This document shows, one piece after another, positions 1-8,158 of a stretch of DNA of 64,000 nt (position 1 is its first letter; every line of letters begins with the position of its first letter). This stretch comes from an uncultured Proteiniphilum sp. (GTDB taxonomy: Bacteria > Bacteroidota > Bacteroidia > Bacteroidales > Dysgonomonadaceae). The DNA lies in NCBI GenBank assembly GCA_964602395.1, contig CAZRRC010000007.1:181-64180 (forward strand), given 5' to 3'. The notes beneath the pieces are model-generated. The model saw nothing but the letters and a program-made list of their open reading frames with translations. It had not been told where the DNA came from and did no database searches. Both the position numbers and the translations under genes were made by a program.

Positions 1-2013
1 GAGCAGGCAGGCATCCTTCCACCAGACGGCATCACGCGACTGTATCTGCAGGCGCGACTGTACATGGCGAAACCGGTCGTTGTCGACAAAAGGCTCCATC
101 CGGTTCCATATTTTCTGGAACTCCCGTACCTGCTGCACGCCACCATCGTAGCGGTAGCAGAGTTCATCCCACAAGGTACGTCCGTTTCTCATGGAGTGGT
201 CCCAGGGGACATGGTGAAACCAGAGCAACAGTTCCTCGGGACAGCTCTCCCGATCGTTGAATTGTTCACGTAGCGGTGAGCAGTATTGCGAAACGGCATC
301 GCTGCCGGCCGTGGTCCGGTCAAATCCAATTCCTTCGGGGCTTGCATTGTGATAGTAGGGCGGCAGCCAGTCGGGTCTGGCGCCGGGTATGTCACACCAA
401 GGCTCCGGGCCGTAGTGATGATCCCAGGCAAAGATATGATGCAAACCAAGTGGCATCATATAGTCGACCGCCGTTTCCCACGAACGGAGCATCATCTCCT
501 TCACGGGTTCTTCAAAGGCCGGTTCACCGGTAAAGGTCATCCCGATCCACTCATTAGCAATTTCTTCAGCTGTGAGGGTGTGGTCCCAAGCCAGGCGACC
601 GAAGGCATACCAGTTGGCTTGCGCGAAATGGTGCCCGCACCAGTTTGCATCCTGTCCGATGTTGGCAACACCTGCGATGGCGCTCAGACGGTGTGGATAG
701 ACCGATCCATCGGTGCTGCGGGCTACGGTGGTTTGCGCTCCCTTACAATGGGTGTCGCTCTCCAGAAATTCCTTCCATTGTGGGGCGAGGAAAACCAGGT
801 GATTGGAAAAGCCGAGGTACTCCTGGGTGATCTGCAGCTCCGGCATGAGTGGCGTTTGCTGCATGGATCCAAACAGGGGACTGAAAGGCTCACGCGGTTG
901 AAAGTCCACCGGCCCGTTCTTGACTTGGATGATCACGTTGTCGTGAAATGCTCCGTCCAGCGGTTTGAACTCCAGGTAGGCCTGTTTTGCCCGGTCCTCG
1001 GGCGTGGGATTGTAGACAAAGGCGCGCCACATTACAATGCCACCGTATGGCTTGAGTGCATCGGCCAGCATGTTGGCTCCTTCGGCATGAGTCCGACCGT
1101 AATCCTGTGGGCCGGGCTGACCTTCGGAGTTGGCTTTCACCAGGAATCCGCCAAAGTCGGGGATCAGCCGATAGATCTCTTTTGTTTTTTCCTGCCACCA
1201 TTTTTGTACTTGAGGGTTCAGCGGGTCGGAATCGTTCAGGCCACCCAATATTTTGGGGGAGGAGAAGTTCACCGACAGGTATACCCTGATGTGGTAGGGT
1301 CGCAGGATATCGGAGATCACTTTTACTTTTTCCAGATAGCTGGCAGTCAGTATGTCGGGGGAGGCATTCACGTTATTGAGCACCGTGCCGTTGATGCCGA
1401 TGGAGGCGTTGGCACGGGCATATTCCCTGTAGCGGGGTGATATCTCTTCCGGCAATTGATCCCACTGCCAGATGGAGTGACCGGCATAACCGCGTTCCAC
1501 CGTTCCGTTGAGATTGTCCCAGTGATTCAGGATGCGAATGTCGTAACGTGGCTGCTCGCTGATGTGGAGTGTCGAAAGGTCACTGCCTGTCTGTATCAGT
1601 CGCAGGAGGTGGTATACTCCGTAGAGCAATCCCCCCTCACCGGCAGACGCAACTAGCGTGACCCTTTTTTTGCCTTGCATCACTGTGCGGATAATGTATC
1701 CCTCCTTACCCAGCTCCCGCAGTTCTTTGGCGTTTATTATTTTTCTTATCTCTCCGTTTTTCGGGGTGCCAATCAGCAGGGTATGACCTGTCGACTGGCT
1801 CGTTTCGGATAGACTGCTGCCAGCCATCATGGTCCACGCCTCCTGAAACTGCTGCAGGGCAAATGATTCCTTGTCGCCGCTCACGGCCGTGAAGGAGGGG
1901 AGGACTGCTGCCTCACATGGCTGAAAGCGAAGCCACAAACGACTGTCGTCCTCAGCTCGTATCAGTCCACTGGAGACAATGCAGAGCCATATGGTGAAAA
2001 TAATTCGCCTCAT
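1..2013 (-). CDS. aguA: GH67 alpha-glucuronidase (3' end runs off the window; not in the ORF track)
   Basis: Manual translation from ATG at 2013, which overlaps the GH43_1 TGA: MRRIIFTIWLCIVSSGLIRAEDDSRLWLRF (signal peptide plus typical GH67 start). In-frame IQVKNGPVDFQPREP near 890-935 and RDAVWWKDACLL at the window edge. Frame was spot-checked, not translated end to end. Confidence 0.93.
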   Translation of the reverse strand, partial: MRRIIFTIWLCIVSSGLIRAEDDSRLWLRFQPCEAAVLPSFTAVSGDKESFALQQFQEAWTMMAGSSLSETSQSTGHTLLIGTPKNGEIRKIINAKELRELGKEGYIIRTVMQGKKRVTLVASAGEGGLLYGVYHLLRLIQTGSDLSTLHISEQPRYDIRILNHWDNLNGTVERGYAGHSIWQWDQLPEEISPRYREYARANASIGINGTVLNNVNASPDILTASYLEKVKVISDILRPYHIRVYLSVNFSSPKILGGLNDSDPLNPQVQKWWQEKTKEIYRLIPDFGGFLVKANSEGQPGPQDYGRTHAEGANMLADALKPYGGIVMWRAFVYNPTPEDRAKQAYLEFKPLDGAFHDNVIIQVKNGPVDFQPREPFSPLFGSMQQTPLMPELQITQEYLGFSNHLVFLAPQWKEFLESDTHCKGAQTTVARSTDGSVYPHRLSAIAGVANIGQDANWCGHHFAQANWYAFGRLAWDHTLTAEEIANEWIGMTFTGEPAFEEPVKEMMLRSWETAVDYMMPLGLHHIFAWDHHYGPEPWCDIPGARPDWLPPYYHNASPEGIGFDRTTAGSDAVSQYCSPLREQFNDRESCPEELLLWFHHVPWDHSMRNGRTLWDELCYRYDGGVQQVREFQKIWNRMEPFVDNDRFRHVQSRLQIQSRDAVWWKDACLL

Positions 2014-2990
2014 TTTTTGGCCGTTCCTTCAATGGTTTGTATGGTTCCGTCGGCGTTGTACGTCAGTTCCACCACCTTGAGACTTCTAAGCCAGGTTTGA
2101 CCTCCGGAGGGTACGCAATCGTGGTGAAACAGGTACCATTTCCCCTTGAACTCCACAATGGAATGATGGGTTGTCCATCCCACCACCGGTGTAAGGATTA
2201 CTCCCTGGTAGGTAAAGGGGCCATAAGGATTGTCGCCCGTAGCATAGCATAGCAGATGGGTGTCGCCGGTGGAGTAGGAGAAATAGTACTTCCCGTTGTA
2301 ATAATGCATCCAGGATGCCTCAAAGAAGCGGCGTTGGGTATCGCCCGCTGTCAGTGGTTCACCTTTTTCGTCGAGGATCACCAGGTCACGCGGTTCTTCG
2401 GCGAACTCCAGCATATCTTCACGCAGTCGCACCACCTTGGGACAGAGAGCCAGTTCGTCGCCTTGGGGTAACACCGCACATTCGAGTGCTTTGTTGTTGC
2501 GGTAGCGTTGCAGTTGACCACCCCATAGTCCTCCAAAGTACATATAATGTGCTCCATCCTGGTCATGCCACAATGCCGGGTCCATGCTGTAACTCCCTTT
2601 TATTGGGTGTTCCCGTGGAATGAAAGGTCCTTCTGGCTTGTCGCTGATGGCTATGCCGATGCGGAAAATGTCGTTTTTATCCTTTAGTGGAAAATACATA
2701 TAATATTTTCCGTTTTTGTAAGCCACATCGCAGTCCCATAGCTGTCGACCAGCCCATGGTATATCTTCGGTGCGAAGCACCACACCGTGGTCGGTTACCT
2801 CTCCCTGTTCCACGTCTTCCAGAGAGAAAACATGGTAATCTTTCATGTTGAAGTGGTCGCCGTTGTCGTTCTCCGGTATGCCGCTCTCCCAGTCGTGTGA
2901 GGGGTAAATGTAAAGTCGTCCGTTAAAAATATGTACCGACGGGTCTGCCATATAATCACCTGGCACGAGGTATCTTGCTTCTTTCATCAT
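2010..2990 (-). CDS. xynB: GH43 subfamily 1 beta-xylosidase/alpha-L-arabinofuranosidase, cytoplasmic
   Basis: YMADPSVHIFNGRLYIYPSHD, LWDCDVA, YSMDPA, FFEASWMH, WTTHHSIVEF motifs; no signal peptide; GH10-GH43_1 pair next to a sugar transporter as in Bacteroides/Prevotella xylan operons. Confidence 0.92.
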   Translation of the reverse strand: MMKEARYLVPGDYMADPSVHIFNGRLYIYPSHDWESGIPENDNGDHFNMKDYHVFSLEDVEQGEVTDHGVVLRTEDIPWAGRQLWDCDVAYKNGKYYMYFPLKDKNDIFRIGIAISDKPEGPFIPREHPIKGSYSMDPALWHDQDGAHYMYFGGLWGGQLQRYRNNKALECAVLPQGDELALCPKVVRLREDMLEFAEEPRDLVILDEKGEPLTAGDTQRRFFEASWMHYYNGKYYFSYSTGDTHLLCYATGDNPYGPFTYQGVILTPVVGWTTHHSIVEFKGKWYLFHHDCVPSGGQTWLRSLKVVELTYNADGTIQTIEGTAKK

Positions 2991-3006
2991 ATTGATATTT
3001 TAGATG

Positions 3007-4128
3007 TTATTTTTTTGTCAGATCAATCAATTGTTGTACGACTGGCTTGGCCTGATAGTCTCGACCGAAGAGCAGCGGATAATCGGTTCTTCCCGCTATG
3101 GGCCAGTCGTTTCGCCATGTGTCGTTATCGGTCACCCCCCATAGGGTCACCCTGCTTATTTTGTTGCTGTGCTTCAGAAACAGGCTGAAAAAGTCACTGT
3201 ACCGTTTGTTGAAAGCAGCTTCCACCTCTGCAGGCAGTCCTGCTGCATAGGGGTTCATCTTTTCCTGATATTCGGCTGTGAGCGATACCTCTGCCGTCTC
3301 TTCTGCAGGGAAGGGGAGAAGCGTGATATCCATCTCGGTGATCATCACCTTCACACCGAGTGCAGCAAATGCTTCGATGCTTTTCTCAAACTCGTTGATA
3401 TCGGGGTTGTCCATTCCCATATGCCCCTGCATACCGATGCCGTCCACGCGGATGCCTTCGGCCTGTAGCTGTTTCACCAGCTCCACCACGCTGTTGCGTC
3501 TGCCTTCCTGCGACATGCCATAGTCGTTGTAATAAAGCTCCGCTTCGGGATCTGCCTCATGAGCAAACTGAAAGGCCAGCTTGATATAGTCGTCGCCGAC
3601 GATTTCTTTGAACTTGGTATTGCGCCAGCTGCCATCGTCGAGGATCGCCTCGTTCACCACATCCCATCCGTGCACACGTCCCTTGTAGCGACCTACCACT
3701 GTCTGGATATGATTTTTCATCCGTTCAATCATCACCTCGCGTGACACATCCTCCCCCTTTTCGTTGGTGAAGAACCAGTCGGGTGCCTGTGAGTGCCAGA
3801 TTAGCGTATGACCGGTGATGTGCATGTTATTCTCTTCTCCAAACTGAACGAAATGATCCGCTTCATCGAAGAAGAAAACTCCTTCTATTGGTTGAATATG
3901 CATGCTTTTCATGCAGTTCTCCGCCACGATGGCGTTGAAATGTTGCCGGATAATTCCGATACCCAAACTATCGGTTCCGAGGTTGTGTGCGACATTGAGC
4001 GCAGTTCCGATCAGAAACTTATCCTGATAAGCCTTCTTCAGTGAAGGTGCTTCTTCGTTTTGGGGTGTGCTGCAACTCAGCAGAAGTGCCCCCGCGATTG
4101 TGGCAAGCCACGTCGTTGTTGATTTCAT
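3007..4128 (-). CDS. xynA: GH10 endo-1,4-beta-xylanase, single-domain lipoprotein
   Basis: VAENCMK, GHTLIWHSQ, WDVVNE (acid/base), YNDY, GMQGH, MITEMD (nucleophile). Lipobox LLLSC fits a start at ATG 4128; ORF-track start is 4167, and ATG 4155 is an alternative. Confidence 0.95.
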   Translation of the reverse strand: MKSTTTWLATIAGALLLSCSTPQNEEAPSLKKAYQDKFLIGTALNVAHNLGTDSLGIGIIRQHFNAIVAENCMKSMHIQPIEGVFFFDEADHFVQFGEENNMHITGHTLIWHSQAPDWFFTNEKGEDVSREVMIERMKNHIQTVVGRYKGRVHGWDVVNEAILDDGSWRNTKFKEIVGDDYIKLAFQFAHEADPEAELYYNDYGMSQEGRRNSVVELVKQLQAEGIRVDGIGMQGHMGMDNPDINEFEKSIEAFAALGVKVMITEMDITLLPFPAEETAEVSLTAEYQEKMNPYAAGLPAEVEAAFNKRYSDFFSLFLKHSNKISRVTLWGVTDNDTWRNDWPIAGRTDYPLLFGRDYQAKPVVQQLIDLTKK

Positions 4129-4147
4129 GTGATTTTTAATTACATTG

Positions 4148-5557
4148 TTATTCATCTCTTGTTTCAATTTCCAGATTGATCTGGTCGATCACATCATCCT
4201 CGAGTTCATACTTCGAGATGATAAACATGGCGAGGAGCAGCAGCATGGCAGGGATTACTGCCACGAGCCAGAGGATACCCTGCTCTACGATGGGTGTTTG
4301 TGATACGGCATTCTTTTCGTCGAATCCCACAAATGCCAGTACAAAGCCCGGCACCACACCTCCCAGGGCCATACCTGCCTTGAAGAAGATGCCGGTAAGG
4401 GCGTTCACGATGCCCGAAATGCGACGTCCGGTTTTATGCTCTCCGTAGGAGATCACTTCCGGCACGAGTGCCCACATATAACCGGTGGCGACAATCACGC
4501 CGGTCGACTTGATAAACTGGGCTACCAACACCAGCCACACCTGTGTTTTCAGGGCGGGGATGACAGAGATAGCATACAGCATGGCCATACCGAAAATGGC
4601 GACCGAGAGGAAAACATAAAACATCTGTTTCTTTCCGATGGCTCTTTTGATGGCTGGCACCATCGGCATAAAGATAAATGCCGGAATGGAACCCAGTGCC
4701 ATGAAGTAGGGTACCATATCGGGAGCGTAGACGTTGTAGATCATATAATAGGAGCCGGCAGAGTTGCCGATGGCCATCATGGCAAAGGCAGTAATGAAGA
4801 AGAAGGCCAGCACCCGCAACGGGCGATTTCGTCTGAACTCGGTCCAGAGGTCGGAGACCTTCACATCTTTGGTATCTTTCTCGTCCATCACTACCCGCTC
4901 TTTGGTCTGGGTATAGCAGAAAATAAGGAGAGCCAGTCCTGTGACCGCATAGATTGTCATGGTGATAAACCATGCATTTCCCGATTCGGGAGAGTTGATC
5001 CTGCCGTCGGGGGAGAGACTTTTCACAATAACAGGTATCCCGTAGGCTACGGCCAGCCCTCCCAGGTTTGCCAGGAACATGCGGGTGGCGGTGAGCTTGG
5101 TGATTTCGTCGGTGTCGCGTGTCAGGGAGGCATTGAGTGCACCGTAGGGTACATTGACCAGGGTATAGGCCATTGACATCCCTACGTAGGTGATGTAAGC
5201 ATAAAGTAGCGATCCGGAGAATCCGTTCCAGAAGCAGAGGATGGCAAAGCCGGTGAGGGGTAATCCACCTAGAATAAGCCATGAACGGTATTTGCCCATT
5301 TTGGGATTTTTCTTATCCACGAAGGCGCCCACGATAGGATCCCATACTACGTCGATCAGGCGTACAATGAGGAACATCACGGCAGCTGTGGCAGCCGGCA
5401 GTCCAAAAACGTTGGTATAGAAGATAAGGAGGTACATCGATACAGTTTGGTAGATCAGGTTCTGGGCCAGATCTCCCGATCCGAAGCCGATACGTTGTAC
5501 TGCAGACAGCTTGTAGAAGCCGCGTGATTCATTTTTTGTGACTGACTGTGGTTGCAT
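4148..5557 (-). CDS. xynT: GPH-family (MFS) xyloside/xylo-oligosaccharide:cation symporter
   Basis: About 12 hydrophobic segments; GFGSGDLAQNLIYQ, RLIDVVWDPIVGAFVDK, GKYRSW, NVPYGAL motifs of the MelB/XylP family. Confidence 0.88.
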   Translation of the reverse strand: MQPQSVTKNESRGFYKLSAVQRIGFGSGDLAQNLIYQTVSMYLLIFYTNVFGLPAATAAVMFLIVRLIDVVWDPIVGAFVDKKNPKMGKYRSWLILGGLPLTGFAILCFWNGFSGSLLYAYITYVGMSMAYTLVNVPYGALNASLTRDTDEITKLTATRMFLANLGGLAVAYGIPVIVKSLSPDGRINSPESGNAWFITMTIYAVTGLALLIFCYTQTKERVVMDEKDTKDVKVSDLWTEFRRNRPLRVLAFFFITAFAMMAIGNSAGSYYMIYNVYAPDMVPYFMALGSIPAFIFMPMVPAIKRAIGKKQMFYVFLSVAIFGMAMLYAISVIPALKTQVWLVLVAQFIKSTGVIVATGYMWALVPEVISYGEHKTGRRISGIVNALTGIFFKAGMALGGVVPGFVLAFVGFDEKNAVSQTPIVEQGILWLVAVIPAMLLLLAMFIISKYELEDDVIDQINLEIETRDE

Positions 5558-5575
5558 TTTTTATGTTATTTATGA

Positions 5576-7531
5576 TTAATTGTTTGTTTTCGGTATGGTC
5601 GCCTGAAAGGGTGAGGCGGGCAGCCCTTCCCTGTTTTTCAAGTTTGCTTCAATGGGGTTATTTCCCCATGCATAACGTACTTTCACCGGATGGCTGATTC
5701 TGTCGTTCCAAAGGATGACCTTATTCTGATCGATGACAGCTTTGGCCCACACGTAACTGCCATCGGCTTCCTGTAAAGCAAAGCCCTTCAGTTCTTCTAC
5801 CGTCATCAGGTTGTTGGTTCCCTCTTTAAAAGAGAGTATGACCCGGTTGCCCTCACGGAAGACCTGCTCAAAGAGTGGTCCATTGCTCACCAGCTCCTTC
5901 TCGTCGTAGGCGATTTGGCGTGCTTGCAGTGAAAGCCGTCTACCTACCTCCTTTTTGTTGAGGGGATGGATGTCGTTCCATTCTCCGATATCGGTAGTGA
6001 CGACCAGCCCGGTGTAGGGTACTTTTTGTGTAAGTTGCAGTTGTATTTCCCTCATTTCTGCCCATTCACTTTCTGCCGGCTGTGGGGGATCTTGCATAAA
6101 GCTGGCTAGCTGCACAATCAGGAAAGGCAGCTCCTGCTGTTGCCAGAGGGTGCGCCAGTTACAAATCAACGATTCCATCAGTCCGGAATATTCATTGTAT
6201 CGACCGGTATTTGATTCACCCTGGTACCAGAGAACACCCTTGAGGCCCCAGTTCTTTAGGGGGTGAATCATGGCGTTGTAGAGACCGGTGGGTTTGTATT
6301 GAAAGAAGGTTTCCCCGGGCAACACTGGCATGGAGGTTCCTTGCTTGTATTTCCATATCCCCTCCAGGCATATCTCCTGCTTTTGCTCATCATGGAACAC
6401 TATTTTATAGGGCTTCTCCTCCACAAAGTGGGGAGTTCCGACGTAGCTGATCAGTCGCACCGTGATGTTGTTCTTTCCCGCTTTCAGCAGTCCGGCAGGA
6501 ATCTGATAGATGCGGGGAGGATACTGGTAGGCGGTGGTACCCACAAAATGACCGTTGACAAAAACCGAGTCGGCATCCACAATGCAGCCCATCCTAAGTG
6601 TGGCTGTTTTACCAGCAAGCTGTTCCGATACGGTGAAATCTTTCCTGAACCAGTGTGATCCGTTGATCGAATTCAGGCCATCGTTGCCCCAGTCTAGTGA
6701 AAAAAGATTCACATTTTTCCAGGTGGCATCGTCATGATCGGGTGCATACCAGGGGTGGTCTTTCTTTAATCCTTGATCATTCAGAAACAGCACGCTGTTC
6801 CATCGCTGTCGACGTGCACGATCAAGCTCACGAATGCTTTTCACGTGATTGTCGTCGCGGTAAATCGTTCTCTCATTGAGGTGAACCGGGAAGGCGGAAA
6901 GACCTTCTTCGCTGATCCAGGCCTCAGCAGGTGAGCCACCCACGCTGGCATTAAGCAAACCCACCGGTACGCCTGTTTTTTCATACAATTCCCGCGCGAA
7001 GAAATAGGCCACAGCCGAGAAGGAGAGTGCATTCTCGGGTGTGAGTGGTTGCCATGAGGCGGGTCGGATCTCATCGAGGGGATGATGAAAATTGTAGGTA
7101 AGGGGCACCTTCAGGTGGCGGATCATCGGGTTGCTGTACTGCTCCACCTCTGTCCGGTAGAGGTCCATGACCCGGCTTACGGGCAGTTCCATGTTCGACT
7201 GTCCGGAGCAGAGCCAGACGTCACCAATTAGGATGTTGCTGACCAGGATATCGTTTACCGACATCTGAAAGGGACCACCTGCCTGCTGTGGGGGCAGCAC
7301 GGTTTCCCAGTTTCCGCGGGTATCGGCTGTTGTGCTGAATGTTTGATTCAGAAACTGAATGGTGATGGTCTCACCCGGGTCGGCACTTCCCCAGAGGGTG
7401 ATCTCCCGGTCGCGTTGTAACACCATGCCGTCGGACACCAGTTGTGGCAATGTCACTTTTGCTTCGGAGGGCTGTACAGCAAGCAGTGCCAGAAGAAGGA
7501 AAGTCAGCGTTGTATGTTGTCTCTTCATCAT
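5576..7531 (-). CDS. CE20-type / sialate-O-acetylesterase-like SGNH esterase with inserted beta-sandwich (putative acetyl-xylan/xyloglucan esterase)
   Basis: Signal peptide; SDGMVLQRD; GDVWLCSGQSNME (Ser nucleophile); WYQGESN; DIHP (Asp-x-His). The SGNH domain is split by a jelly-roll insert (HWFRKDF...DADSVFVNG), the CE20 architecture. Confidence 0.85.
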   Translation of the reverse strand: MMKRQHTTLTFLLLALLAVQPSEAKVTLPQLVSDGMVLQRDREITLWGSADPGETITIQFLNQTFSTTADTRGNWETVLPPQQAGGPFQMSVNDILVSNILIGDVWLCSGQSNMELPVSRVMDLYRTEVEQYSNPMIRHLKVPLTYNFHHPLDEIRPASWQPLTPENALSFSAVAYFFARELYEKTGVPVGLLNASVGGSPAEAWISEEGLSAFPVHLNERTIYRDDNHVKSIRELDRARRQRWNSVLFLNDQGLKKDHPWYAPDHDDATWKNVNLFSLDWGNDGLNSINGSHWFRKDFTVSEQLAGKTATLRMGCIVDADSVFVNGHFVGTTAYQYPPRIYQIPAGLLKAGKNNITVRLISYVGTPHFVEEKPYKIVFHDEQKQEICLEGIWKYKQGTSMPVLPGETFFQYKPTGLYNAMIHPLKNWGLKGVLWYQGESNTGRYNEYSGLMESLICNWRTLWQQQELPFLIVQLASFMQDPPQPAESEWAEMREIQLQLTQKVPYTGLVVTTDIGEWNDIHPLNKKEVGRRLSLQARQIAYDEKELVSNGPLFEQVFREGNRVILSFKEGTNNLMTVEELKGFALQEADGSYVWAKAVIDQNKVILWNDRISHPVKVRYAWGNNPIEANLKNREGLPASPFQATIPKTNN

Positions 7532-7869
7532 TTTTTTGTTTCGCTTTGCAGGGTGCCCAGATAACTCTGCCTTAACCCGAAGAAATGGATCATGATCTTT
7601 TGCAGGTCGTTGCCGGCAATCACAGCACCTGCTCCTGTAAGAGTGGAAATCAGTGTAGAAGCGAAGCCGGTTGCTTTTTTCGTATCGCGCTTCTGGTTTT
7701 GTATGGTATGGAGTATCTCGCTTTCATCTACCGGATCAAAGAGAAGAGGGTGGGCGCGTTCCTGGTTTATCCAAGTGAAACCACCCTCCTTCCTTTGCAA
7801 CACGAAATATTCGAAAGCATATAGCAATGAGGATATCAAAAATCCGATAACAAATAATGAAATTCGCAT
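7528..7869 (-). pseudogene. GH115 alpha-glucuronidase remnant with a large in-frame internal deletion
   Basis: 113 aa: signal peptide, then GH115-like N-terminus (FVLQ..GFTWI..PLLFDPVDESEILHTIQNQKRDTKKATG..AVIAG) joined directly to LQKIMIHFFGLRQSYLG, which resembles the GH115 C-terminal consensus LQK(I/L)xIDxGGL(K/R)xSYLGP. Position upstream of esterase-MFS-GH10-GH43_1-GH67 fits a GH115 slot. Confidence 0.75.
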
Positions 7870-7959
7870 GGGTCGATCGGTCAGTTGCTTTTCAAATCAA
7901 TGGCAAACATTGATTGTGGACGTACACAATTATTCTTTAAATGAAATATTTATATCAAA

Positions 7960-7967
7960 CAAAGTTA
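7960..7967 (-). promoter_or_regulatory. Bacteroidetes primary-sigma -7 promoter element (TAACTTTG) for the distal GH115-remnant to GH67 operon
   Basis: Exact TAnnTTTG on the minus strand about 90 bp upstream of the ATG at 7869, in an AT-rich spacer; no canonical -33 TTTG. Confidence 0.6.
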
Positions 7968-8022
7968 GGTATAATTTTCTAAACGATGTATGGATAATCG
8001 GGATTAATTATTGAAATTTTGT

Positions 8023-8055
8023 ATAAGCAACATAAACTATGTTTATGTTGCTTAT
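8023..8055. terminator. Perfect 15-bp inverted repeat (hairpin terminator or operator)
   Basis: ATAAGCAACATAAAC-TAT-GTTTATGTTGCTTAT, located between the CE15 fusion stop and the next promoter; no clear U-tract on the minus strand. Confidence 0.55.
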
Positions 8056-8058
8056 TTT

Positions 8059-8158
8059 GCCAGTCAATTCATTGTGCATAATCTGTGTTGGGGGGGGGTG
8101 ATTGATTCTTACCAGTCGATCCATTGCATATAATCAGTGTTGGCAAAAGGATGAATCT
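8059..8158 (-). repeat. Degenerate tandem copy (about 52 bp offset) of the 3' end of the CE15 fusion gene
   Basis: Gene end CAT CCT TTT GCC AAC ACT GAT TAT ATG CAA TGG ATC GAC TGG TAA is followed by CAC C8 AAC ACA GAT TAT GCA CAA TGA ATT GAC TGG CAA (NTDYMQWIDW versus NTDYAQ*IDW). Confidence 0.75.

Noticed and set aside
286-1440. 384-aa plus-strand ORF
   Set aside because: Antisense shadow of the GH67 gene found on the minus strand; no recognisable motifs.
4434-5282. 282-aa alternative-frame ORF and 246-aa antisense ORF over the transporter
   Set aside because: Both are nested in the well-supported MFS gene and have no family motifs.
8090-8098. G9 homopolymer as a phase-variation switch
   Set aside because: It is intergenic, downstream of a stop codon and about 120 bp from the nearest -7 element; better explained as decay within the duplicated CE15 end or a sequencing homopolymer.
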